Origin: Candidatus Latescibacterota bacterium
GTDB lineage: Bacteria > Latescibacterota > UBA2968
Direction of reading: 5' to 3'
DNA length: 34,967 nt
Assembly (NCBI GenBank): GCA_038279365.1
Contig: JAYODI010000064.1
Coordinates: forward strand, 1-34,967
The position numbers were made by a program, and so were the translations under genes. A model generated the notes under the pieces. The model did no database searches. It was not told the origin of the DNA and saw nothing but the letters and a program-made list of their open reading frames with translations. Below, in pieces: positions 26,598-34,967 of this stretch; the first letter of the stretch is position 1, and the number at the start of each line of letters is the position of its first letter.

Positions 26598-28555
26598 GCT
26601 TTTTGATGTCTTTGTTGTTGTGTGTGTTTTTAATATTTGAATGCACGTGTGCCAATGCAGCCGACATTTTTGATTTTTTTGAAACAGAAGCCAAGGTGTC
26701 AAATGTGGTTACGGCTTCTCGTATACCGCTTTCTGTTCAGCAAACACCTGCTACTGTTTATGTTATTACGGGTGAAGAAATAGCAGCAATGGGTGCGCAA
26801 ACCTTATGGGATGCACTGCGCACGGTTCCCGGTGTGGATGTGATGACCACACGCACATTTTATGGTGAGGTCAGTATTCGAGGGCTTAATAAGTACCTCA
26901 ATAATCGAACGCTCGTACAAGTAGATGGTCGAACGGTACTCAATGGATTGTTTGACACCGTTTATTGGGAGGGCATACCTGTAACCATGTCGGAAATAGA
27001 TCGCATGGAAGTGGTTTTGGGCCCTGCTTCGGCTTTATATGGTGCCAATGCAGTAAATGGGGTTATTAACATCATCACAAAAACACCCGATCAAATTAGA
27101 GGGGGGGATATTGATTATCGCGTGGGTGAATACCACACGCATTTGGTCAGTGGTGTGGTGGGCAATCGCCACAAAAATTGGACATATAAAGCAAGCGTAG
27201 GATTCCGTCAAACCAATCAATTTGAAAAAACCGATGTCAAAGCATCTGATGTACGCAAAATCGGTGGTTATTTGGGATATGATTATGAATCGGGCTTAAA
27301 ATTGAGCATTTCGGGTGGCATTGCAGATCATTCCACACAGTTTGCAACAGGTGGAAGTAGTCCTCCTGTTATTGAAGGGAATACATCATTTTTACGTGTC
27401 GATGCGCACGTGCAATCGACCCAACTGCGTGCTTTTTGGAATCGGGGGCGTCCGAGGGTTGGTGATTTTTCACCCAATGAAATTATATTTAGTCCAGATA
27501 TCTATGATGTACAATTAGAACATGCTTTTCAATCATTTGGTGGTTTGCGTTGGGTGGTTGGGGCAAGCTTTAGACGCAGTGTGATGGAATCGGATGTTTA
27601 TGTTCAATCTCATATTGCACAAAACGATTGGGCTGGTTTTGGAGAAGGTATTTGGTTGGTGAATGACAAGTGGTCGATGGTTGTAAGTGGTCGGTTAGAC
27701 CGAAACCCAAATACAGGTTGGGTGTTTTCACCCAAAGGGAGTCTGATTTTTTTGCCTCATCAACAGCACGTGTTTCGTTTGTCGGCAGGTACGTCGTTTC
27801 GAAACCCAACATTAACAGAGTCCTACATAGATATTATTCAAAAAATCGATCTTCCTTTTCCGATAGATGTGCGCCTGAGGGCTATTGGAAATGCCCAAAC
27901 AGATCCTGAAAAATTACATATGTATGAATTGGCATATACAGCACTTTTTGAAAAAGTAAATTTTAAAGCAACGGGTTTTCATTATCATTTGAATAAAATG
28001 ATTTCAACACCTGATTTTCGACTCGTCGAAGAAGCATTTCCCAAAGAGATTTTATTGCAAGCAGATTTTGGAAATTTACAGGGCAGCACAAGTGTTTGGG
28101 GTGGTGAATTGGGTGCGGAGGTTTTGTTTTCCCAAAGCGTAAAAGGGTTTGTTAATTATGCCTACCAGCATATTACGGGCACATTGGATGCCGTTATGCC
28201 CATAGAAGGTGGCCCACGGCATAAAGTTAATTTGGGTGTACAAACCAAACAAAAGGGTTGGTCATTTGTGGCTTGGGCGCATTGGGTGGATCAAACGCAT
28301 TATTATACTGTAGATATACAAAGGCTAATTGATAGCTTAAATGTCGATACATTTCAAGTGTCGGCTTTTTGGTTGTTAAACGGTCGGCTTTCATATGACA
28401 TATCCCAAACAGGGCTTTCTGTTGGGATTGAAGGATTCAATTTGTTGAATCACAAACATTATCAAATACCAGGCGGTGGCGGCGAAGATGTTTTGGATGC
28501 AAATGGTGAAATATTGTCTCGCCGAATGAATGCAACGGTGTCTTATCAATTTTGA
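26594..28555 (+). CDS. TonB-dependent receptor (TBDR2), paralog of TBDR1
   Basis: GGAGG RBS, ATGA overlap with the upstream stop, VVTASR, DALRTVPGVDVM, IDRMEVVLGPASALYGANAVNGVINIITK, C-terminal YQF. Confidence 0.93.
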   Translation: MSFLMSLLLCVFLIFECTCANAADIFDFFETEAKVSNVVTASRIPLSVQQTPATVYVITGEEIAAMGAQTLWDALRTVPGVDVMTTRTFYGEVSIRGLNKYLNNRTLVQVDGRTVLNGLFDTVYWEGIPVTMSEIDRMEVVLGPASALYGANAVNGVINIITKTPDQIRGGDIDYRVGEYHTHLVSGVVGNRHKNWTYKASVGFRQTNQFEKTDVKASDVRKIGGYLGYDYESGLKLSISGGIADHSTQFATGGSSPPVIEGNTSFLRVDAHVQSTQLRAFWNRGRPRVGDFSPNEIIFSPDIYDVQLEHAFQSFGGLRWVVGASFRRSVMESDVYVQSHIAQNDWAGFGEGIWLVNDKWSMVVSGRLDRNPNTGWVFSPKGSLIFLPHQQHVFRLSAGTSFRNPTLTESYIDIIQKIDLPFPIDVRLRAIGNAQTDPEKLHMYELAYTALFEKVNFKATGFHYHLNKMISTPDFRLVEEAFPKEILLQADFGNLQGSTSVWGGELGAEVLFSQSVKGFVNYAYQHITGTLDAVMPIEGGPRHKVNLGVQTKQKGWSFVAWAHWVDQTHYYTVDIQRLIDSLNVDTFQVSAFWLLNGRLSYDISQTGLSVGIEGFNLLNHKHYQIPGGGGEDVLDANGEILSRRMNATVSYQF

Positions 28556-28575
28556 TCGATGTTGGGATTGTTGAT

Positions 28576-30780
28576 ATGAAATTGGGTTTAAAATTGTTGA
28601 TCTTTTTTGTGCCGCTCTATTTGGTTGCTGTGGTTGCCATGACGGTGTTGGTGCACTATGGTGTGCAGGCCATTGTTGTACAAGGGGTTTCAGAACGGGG
28701 TTTGAGTGTGGCAACAGCCATTAACGCAGAAGCTTTAAATGGTTTTCGAGTGGGCAATGAAGAAAATTTGTTGCCTTATTTACAAGCGGTTCAAGAAAAT
28801 GCCCAAGCATTATATGCCATCGCATTAACACCGAATGGGCGTGTATTGGCACATACCAATGTGGTTGAAGTTGGTCAAACATATCAAGACGCAACAACCG
28901 TATTTGCTTTGCAAGCCTCTGAAACGGTTTTTCAGAAAATAAGACAAAATGGCCAAACCATATTGGATATTGCACATCCTATATGGGCTTTACCTGAAAC
29001 ATCAACAGAGGCATTTTTGTTGTTGGGAGATGATGGGGGGCAAAAACAACGGTTGGGTACATTGCGTATGGGGTTGTCATTACAAGGTGCATTGGCAACA
29101 GCAGATCGCATATCTAAACAAATTTTTTGGATTATTACCCTGGGCAGTGCCTGCGTATTGCTTTTGGGCATTGTCTTTATGCGTAATTTGTTGCGTCCCA
29201 TTCAAATGTTATCTGATGCTGCCGAACGCATTGGTCGTGGTCAACTCAAAGAAGTGGTACCAGTGTTAAGCTCTGATGAGATTGGTGATCTTACCAAGCG
29301 TTTTAATCAAATGAGTCATGATTTGGCAGAAACAACCGTATCTAAAGCTTATACAGACAATATCTTAAGATCTATGAATGATGCACTTGTTGTTGTGTCA
29401 CCAGCAGGGCGAATTGAAAATGTAAATGCAGCAATGTGTGATCTGTTGGGATATGAGGAAGCAGATTTGTTGGGCCGTATGTTTACAGATATTTTGGTGG
29501 TAGAGAGCAATCGCTCAGCAGGTGTAGAGGTGACTGCTGGTTTGATTTGGGGCAAGGCCGTACGCAATGTTGAGCATACCTATCGGGCATATGATGGCCG
29601 TCATATTCCTGTTTTGCTATCGGGTGCGGTGTTGCATAGCAATTCTGGGCATATTTCTGGTACCGTATATGCCGCACGAGATATTACCGAACGCAAAGAA
29701 GCCGAAGCTGCCTTGCTTGAAAGTGAAGCTCGGTTTCGGCGGTTGTCGGCATCGGCAGTTGAAGGCGTGGTGTTGTTGGATGGTGGAAAAATATTGGATG
29801 CCAACTTGGCCATGGTGCGCATTTTAGGATATGAACGAGCGGAAGAGTTGATGGGTTTAAATGGTTGGCAATTTATTCCAAAAGACAGTCGTTCATCGGT
29901 TATTCGAAAAATCAGAGACAACTGGCAAGAATATTTTGAAACAGTGATTCAATCGCGAGAAGGTGTTTTAATTCCTGTGGAAGTGATTGGTAGTCGTTTG
30001 CCACATAAAGATCGTACAATTGGTGTGGTGGCCATTAGAGATATGCGCCAGCAAAAAAAGGCCGATGAAGCACAACAGCAAATGGAGCGAAGTTTGATTC
30101 AGGCCGAGCGGATGGCGTCGGTGGGGACTGCGGCTGCAGGTATTGTACACAATTTGCGATCACCGCTTACTGGAATGATGGGTTTTACGGATATTTTGCG
30201 AATGAAATATCCGGAAATAGAAGAATTAAAAATGATTGAAACATCTGCAAAACTGATGGCGGATATGGTCGATAACATTTTGACTAAGAGTCGTTTGAAT
30301 AAAACGTTTGAAGCCGTAGATATTAATTTGCTTTTGCAACGCGAACTGGATTTTTTAAAAGCCGATCAAATGTTTCGACACCAGGTAGCTATACATGTTG
30401 ATTTGATGACAGCATTGCCAAAGGTATGGTGTGTGTATACAGATATGTCACAAATTTTTGGGAACTTGCTTCGAAATGCGGCAGAAGCCATGCACAATAG
30501 CCCACGGAAAGTTCTTAATATTGTTACGACTCAAAAAAATCATATGGTACAGGTTGTGGTTAGGGATACGGGTGGGGGTATTTTAGAGGAAAATTTAAAA
30601 AATTTATTTGATCCCTTTTTTACAACCAAAGTGGGCGATGGTATATCTTCGCCACAAGGAACAGGTTTGGGGTTGTATATTGTAAAGCAGTTGTTGGAAG
30701 AATATGGTGCAGACATAGAAGTGGAAAGCAAAGAGGGGGTTGGCTCGACGTTTCGGGTTTGTATTCCTATTCGAATTTGA
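28576..30780 (+). CDS. Membrane sensor histidine kinase TM-periplasmic-TM-HAMP-PAS-PAS-HisKA-HATPase (HK2)
   Basis: Two TM helices around a ~150-aa periplasmic domain, HAMP (DEIGDLTKRFNQM), two PAS domains, GIVHNLRSPL, NLLRNA, DTGGG, FDPFFTTK and GTGLGL. Confidence 0.93.
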   Translation: MKLGLKLLIFFVPLYLVAVVAMTVLVHYGVQAIVVQGVSERGLSVATAINAEALNGFRVGNEENLLPYLQAVQENAQALYAIALTPNGRVLAHTNVVEVGQTYQDATTVFALQASETVFQKIRQNGQTILDIAHPIWALPETSTEAFLLLGDDGGQKQRLGTLRMGLSLQGALATADRISKQIFWIITLGSACVLLLGIVFMRNLLRPIQMLSDAAERIGRGQLKEVVPVLSSDEIGDLTKRFNQMSHDLAETTVSKAYTDNILRSMNDALVVVSPAGRIENVNAAMCDLLGYEEADLLGRMFTDILVVESNRSAGVEVTAGLIWGKAVRNVEHTYRAYDGRHIPVLLSGAVLHSNSGHISGTVYAARDITERKEAEAALLESEARFRRLSASAVEGVVLLDGGKILDANLAMVRILGYERAEELMGLNGWQFIPKDSRSSVIRKIRDNWQEYFETVIQSREGVLIPVEVIGSRLPHKDRTIGVVAIRDMRQQKKADEAQQQMERSLIQAERMASVGTAAAGIVHNLRSPLTGMMGFTDILRMKYPEIEELKMIETSAKLMADMVDNILTKSRLNKTFEAVDINLLLQRELDFLKADQMFRHQVAIHVDLMTALPKVWCVYTDMSQIFGNLLRNAAEAMHNSPRKVLNIVTTQKNHMVQVVVRDTGGGILEENLKNLFDPFFTTKVGDGISSPQGTGLGLYIVKQLLEEYGADIEVESKEGVGSTFRVCIPIRI

Positions 30781-30880
30781 GATGGTGCGTTGTTTGTTTC
30801 AAGGGATAATAACATATCATTTGTGTGTATAGCCAAAAGAACAAGTATCGTACAATTTGTTCCGCTTACTTACTATTATG

Positions 30881-30917
30881 AGGGCCAGGGCGTTTGCTTT
30901 GGCCCTTTATGTATTTT
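30881..30917 (+). terminator. Probable terminator of the TBDR/kinase operon
   Basis: agggccagggc / gctttggccct 11-bp stem (two G-U pairs on the + strand RNA), followed by T-rich sequence between convergent operons. Confidence 0.6.
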
Positions 30918-31593
30918 CGGAGGCTGAAGCATCTAAATCAATCATGTCAGTATGACCGACATAAGTCGCTGTGACGTGACGTTCTATTTTTTCCATTTTG
31001 CTGACAATGTCGCTTATTTGAACACCTGCCTCACGTATGTTTTGAATGTATTGTGCCAATTTTTCAGGAGGGATGTCTTTGAGGGTGGTGAGCAGATCAC
31101 AATAGCCCAAAATAGATTGGAGTGGTTGATTGATTAAATGGCCAGCTGTTACGGCTGTTTGGGCAAGAATCTTGATGCGATCAGCTTCTTGCACTGCGGC
31201 TTCGGCCCGTTTGCGTTCAATGGCATAATGAATGGTGCGGGCCAATAGGTTGGGTTCTATGTCGTTTTTGTTCACATAATCTTGAGCACCGTTGCTCACT
31301 GCTTCGACGGCAGTGTTGTTGTCGTCTAAACCTGTTAGAATAACAATGGGTAAATGGGGATGTTTTTTATGAAGGGTTAAAAAGCCCTGAATGCCCGATG
31401 CATCAGGCAGTGACAAATCATATAGAATTACATTGGGTTGATTGTTTTCAAGGTATCTGAGGGCATTGGCGAGGCGGTCTTCCCGATGAAATTCAATGTT
31501 GAATTGATCGTTTATGTTTAGAAATTCATAAATTAAATTGGCATCATCTGGATTGTCTTCTACCAGTAAAATATGCAAAATCTCAACAGCCAT
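30907..31593 (-). CDS. Response regulator with C-terminal HisKA/DHp-like segment and no ATPase domain
   Basis: ILLVEDN, DLSLPD, GAQDYVNK, then TAGHLINQPLQSILGY; the protein ends about 60 aa later. GAGG RBS. Confidence 0.88.
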   Translation of the reverse strand: MAVEILHILLVEDNPDDANLIYEFLNINDQFNIEFHREDRLANALRYLENNQPNVILYDLSLPDASGIQGFLTLHKKHPHLPIVILTGLDDNNTAVEAVSNGAQDYVNKNDIEPNLLARTIHYAIERKRAEAAVQEADRIKILAQTAVTAGHLINQPLQSILGYCDLLTTLKDIPPEKLAQYIQNIREAGVQISDIVSKMEKIERHVTATYVGHTDMIDLDASASENT

Positions 31594-31611
31594 TTTTTTA
31601 ACCTCATTGTA

Positions 31612-34221
31612 TTATGAGAGGGTTTTAGAAATAGTAAATGAAAACGTGCTGCCATGCTCTGTGTTGGATTCGAGCCAGATTTTGCCACCGTGGCGTTCAA
31701 CAATTTTCTTGCAGATGGCCAGGCCTATACCTGTGCCCTGATACTCTTCTTGGGTATGTAAGCGTTGGAAAATTATAAAAATACGGTCGCCAAATTGTGG
31801 ATCAATGCCAATGCCATTATCGGCAACCGAAAATTGGTAGTCGGTATCTGTTTGTGTTGCTGAGATATGGATTTGAGGTGTTTGATCGCCTTGGAATTTG
31901 ATGGCATTGGATAAGAGATTTTGAAAAAGCTGTTTGATTTGTGTTTTATCGGCTTTAATAGTTGGCAACGGATCCGTTGTGATTTGGGCGTTGGATTCTG
32001 ATATGATCAGTTCCAGGTCGAGCTTTGTATTTTGAAGAATTTTGGAGATGTCAACGGCTTCGAAGGGTTGGGCCTTGGTTGTGACGCGTGAGTAGGTTAA
32101 CAGATCTTGAATCAAGGTTTTCATTCGGGTGGTGCCATTGATCACGCGATCGATGTAGTTTTTTGCATCTTCATTAAGATCTTTTCCAAATCGCCTGTCG
32201 AGCAGCTGCAAATAGTTTGTGATCACACGCAGGGGTTCTTGAAGATCGTGAGAGGCAACATAGGCAAATTGCTCGAGTTCTTGATTTGAGCGTATTAGCT
32301 CTTTTGTTGCTTTTTCAAGCTCTTGATTACGCGAAGCAAGCATTTGGGAAATGTGCTGACGTTCCAGGGCGGTATTGATCCATTGGCCCATCAGTTGCAC
32401 AAAGTCTATATCTGATTGTGAGAAGGGTTCGGTTTGGGCTTCTGGGTTGGTAAAATTTAATGTACCATAAGATTGCCCAAAAACGAGAAGTGGTACACCA
32501 ATATAGGTTTCAAGTTGGAAATTTTTATAACATGGGTGGTCGTGCCATTCAGATTGCGCCATGTGGTTTATGGCAATTGGGCGATTGGTTTCAAGAACAA
32601 TGCTGCAATAGGTTTTTTTCAGATCAAATTGGGTGCCCGATTCAAGATCTGTAGTTGGCGCATAGATTGATTTTATGATATATTTTTCTGCTTCTATTTG
32701 GCTGACAATTCCTATAGATAGTCCTAATCTTTGACAGCCCACTTCCAAAACATTTTCTATTTGTTGGTCAAACGAAATATTGGGTTTGGATGCCACTTCG
32801 TAAAGGGCGCGAATACGTTCTTCCTGGATGGCTGTGTTTGCTTCGGCTTCTTTGGTTTTGGTGATATCGGCAATTGTACCCAGGTATCCACGTGGTGTTC
32901 CCGTTTCATCATTGAGTTCTATGGCACGACCTGAGAGCCAAATGATTTCACCAAAGGGTTTTTGGAATCGGTATTCTTCCTGAAATTCAGCTCTGTTTTC
33001 TACAGCATTTTGCCAGGCTTCAAAAACTCTGTTTCGATCTTCTTCGAACAAGGCATTTGTCCATCCTTTTCCTGCGGCCTGGTCGGGGGTGAGTCCGGCT
33101 AATTCACACCACCTGTCGTTGACAAATAAACAATTGCCCTGTGTGTCTGTTTCGTAGATGCCAACGGGTGCAAGACCCGTGAGTGTTCGAAAACGTGCTT
33201 CGCTTTCTAAAAGGTCTATTTCGGATTTTTTACGTTTTGAAATATCGCGTATAAGGCCAACATAGCGTGTTTCTGACCCATGGGGCATTTCGTTTACGGC
33301 CAAATCCATTGGAAAAACAGATCCATCTTTTCTTTTGCCCATCACTTCTCGGCCAATGCCTATGATTTTGTTTTGGTGTGTTTGCTGATGTGCCAGAATA
33401 TAACCGTCGTGCTCATTGTGATAGGGTTCGGGCATGAGGCATTTGACGTTTTGGCCGATGACTTCTTGTGAGGTATACCCAAATATTTTTTCTGCCGCGA
33501 GATTGAAGCTTTGAATCTGACCTTTGTGATTGATCGTTATGATGCCATCAATGACGGTATTGAAAATGGTTTCAAGTTGATTCTTACTTTCAGCAAGCTC
33601 CCTTTCAATTGTTTTTTGCTTTTGTTCGCTTTGGTGTGCATGTATCAGGGTGCCACATGTTTGGAGGAATGGATTGAGAAAGTCTGACAATTCTTTGGTG
33701 TATCCATCTGTCCGGTTTGCAAGGCCAACCATTCCAACGAATTTTTGGGCATAGAAGATGGGCAATCCCAAGAACGCGTTTAAAGGTGGGTGACCAGGGG
33801 GCAAACCACCCCGACGGGGGTCGGTTCTGGGCTGATTAGAAATGATAACTTTACCCGTTTTTATTGTGTAGCCAAACAACGTATCCAGATTGGTAAATTC
33901 AAGGCCAGAGGGTGCATTTTGGTCGTAAAAATCTCGTGTTTCTTTGTTCCAAGAAATGTTGGTTAGTGCGTATGTTTTTAAATAGGGTTGATTTTCCGTT
34001 GTATGGAGAATTTGCCCGATAAAGCCGTATTCACTCTGTGTCAGATTGAGAAGGTAGTGCAACATTTTTTCAAAAAAATCATGGGTTTCTGTTTCTTTTA
34101 TGAATTCTGATTGAAAATCGCTGATTGCTTGGAATAAGTCACTTTGTTGTTTGTATTGTTTTAGATGTGTGATTTCATCTAACAATTCTTGCTTGGTTTT
34201 TTGGGCATCATTTTTAGACAT
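31612..34221 (-). CDS. Cytoplasmic multi-sensor histidine kinase GAF-PAS(FixL-like heme)-PAS-GAF-HisKA-HATPase (HK3)
   Basis: GAF (GGLPPGHPPLNAFLGLP), PAS (LMPEPYHNEHDGYI), second PAS, GAF (TYCS..HPCY..YGTLNF), and Cph1-class core FAYVASHDLQEPLR, FQNLLSNAIKF, IFQRLH, GTGIGLAICKKIVERHGG. Confidence 0.93.
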   Translation of the reverse strand: MSKNDAQKTKQELLDEITHLKQYKQQSDLFQAISDFQSEFIKETETHDFFEKMLHYLLNLTQSEYGFIGQILHTTENQPYLKTYALTNISWNKETRDFYDQNAPSGLEFTNLDTLFGYTIKTGKVIISNQPRTDPRRGGLPPGHPPLNAFLGLPIFYAQKFVGMVGLANRTDGYTKELSDFLNPFLQTCGTLIHAHQSEQKQKTIERELAESKNQLETIFNTVIDGIITINHKGQIQSFNLAAEKIFGYTSQEVIGQNVKCLMPEPYHNEHDGYILAHQQTHQNKIIGIGREVMGKRKDGSVFPMDLAVNEMPHGSETRYVGLIRDISKRKKSEIDLLESEARFRTLTGLAPVGIYETDTQGNCLFVNDRWCELAGLTPDQAAGKGWTNALFEEDRNRVFEAWQNAVENRAEFQEEYRFQKPFGEIIWLSGRAIELNDETGTPRGYLGTIADITKTKEAEANTAIQEERIRALYEVASKPNISFDQQIENVLEVGCQRLGLSIGIVSQIEAEKYIIKSIYAPTTDLESGTQFDLKKTYCSIVLETNRPIAINHMAQSEWHDHPCYKNFQLETYIGVPLLVFGQSYGTLNFTNPEAQTEPFSQSDIDFVQLMGQWINTALERQHISQMLASRNQELEKATKELIRSNQELEQFAYVASHDLQEPLRVITNYLQLLDRRFGKDLNEDAKNYIDRVINGTTRMKTLIQDLLTYSRVTTKAQPFEAVDISKILQNTKLDLELIISESNAQITTDPLPTIKADKTQIKQLFQNLLSNAIKFQGDQTPQIHISATQTDTDYQFSVADNGIGIDPQFGDRIFIIFQRLHTQEEYQGTGIGLAICKKIVERHGGKIWLESNTEHGSTFSFTISKTLS

Positions 34222-34294
34222 TGCAAGACTTTCTAATAACCAGCGTTTATAAAAGTTGTTAAAAAAATGTCATTTTGTGCACAAATTGTGCGCT

Positions 34295-34732
34295 TTATTT
34301 CACAGGTGGTAGTTTTACAGTTTTAAACCAGAATGCTTTTAGATTTTTTACCGAAATTACGAATTCGTCAAAATTTATGGGTTTGGTGATAAAGCTGTTG
34401 GCATGCAAATTGTAAGCTTGTTCGATATCACTTTCTGAGTCGGATGTGGTTAAAATCACAACAGGAATGTTTTTGAGATCTGGGTCGCTTTTGAGTTCGG
34501 CAAGGGTTTCTCGCCCATCTTTTCGAGGCATGTTCAGGTCGAGCAAGATCAAATGTGGTTTTTTCTGGGTTTTATCATGTAAAAATGCAAGGGCGTCTAC
34601 GCCGTCGCGATGTACAATGATTTCGGCATTTACATTGGCTTCTTGAAATGCTTCTGTGGTCAAAAAAACGTCGTCTTCATTGTCATCTACAAGCAAAACT
34701 TGGAAGGTGAATTCTGGAGGTGTTATTGTCAT
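34295..34732 (-). CDS. Single-domain response regulator, Rcp1-like
   Basis: LLVDDNEDD, LLDLNMPRKDG, IPVVILTTS, AYNLHANSFITKP and C-terminal FWFKTVKLP, typical of Rcp1-type receivers. Confidence 0.93.
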   Translation of the reverse strand: MTITPPEFTFQVLLVDDNEDDVFLTTEAFQEANVNAEIIVHRDGVDALAFLHDKTQKKPHLILLDLNMPRKDGRETLAELKSDPDLKNIPVVILTTSDSESDIEQAYNLHANSFITKPINFDEFVISVKNLKAFWFKTVKLPPVK

Positions 34733-34967
34733 GAGGGTTGTCTTTCGAGCTATGCATGATCTTTCGTTTCAGCAGGCGAGATAAATTAAAGCACAAAATA
34801 TACCAAGAATGCTAAAATTTATAGGATTAATGGCTAAGGTGACGTTAGTCGGTGGTGGATGAGCTGGCTTGAAATTCTATAATATTTACATTTCCAATAT
34901 AGTGTTTATCAATACATATAACAGCTTAGGTATGGCTTTGAAAAACTTGGTTTTTATATAATGTGGT

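Noticed and set aside
23675-28555. btuB/btuF, siderophore uptake, SusCD or FecIRA locus
   Set aside because: No cobalamin riboswitch, convincing Fur box, ABC permease, SusD lipoprotein, FecR or ECF sigma was recognised. No ligand can be assigned.
31612-34221. Bacteriophytochrome (Cph1/BphP)
   Set aside because: The kinase core and Rcp1-like partner are of that class, but there is no PAS-GAF-PHY module or DIP/PRxSF motif.

Overview
A 35-kb bacterial chromosomal window from a diderm organism, about 43% GC by eye, with a strong G/T-rich + strand bias. The gene repertoire (PhyH, CehA/McbA, duplicated MacB-type permease, SMP-30, MlrC) is reminiscent of Latescibacterota- or PVC-like genomes, but this is inference only. 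Left to right: a decayed tyrosine-integrase remnant; two convergent calcineurin-like metallophosphoesterases; a small ORF plus a CheY-like regulator; a minus-strand run (PhyH-family Fe/2OG enzyme with an HxG motif, hypotheticals, CehA/McbA hydrolase, REC-kinase, His-rich CDF zinc exporter, orphan ABC permease, gluconolactonase, PNPOx-like protein); an attEFGH-like ABC/lipocalin operon interrupted by 7- and 8-nt repeats and GNA-loop hairpin elements; and an M81/MlrC peptidase. The window ends in a 12.6-kb signalling block. Its most notable part is a symmetric five-gene operon: soluble PAS kinase, TonB-dependent receptor, periplasmic binding protein, paralogous TonB-dependent receptor, paralogous membrane kinase. 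It has no ABC permease, FecR or ECF sigma, and is a candidate trans-envelope sensing system. It converges on an operon encoding an Rcp1-like regulator, a FixL-type heme-PAS kinase and a REC-DHp protein. No rRNA, tRNA or CRISPR was seen. All family calls come from motif recognition, not database searches.
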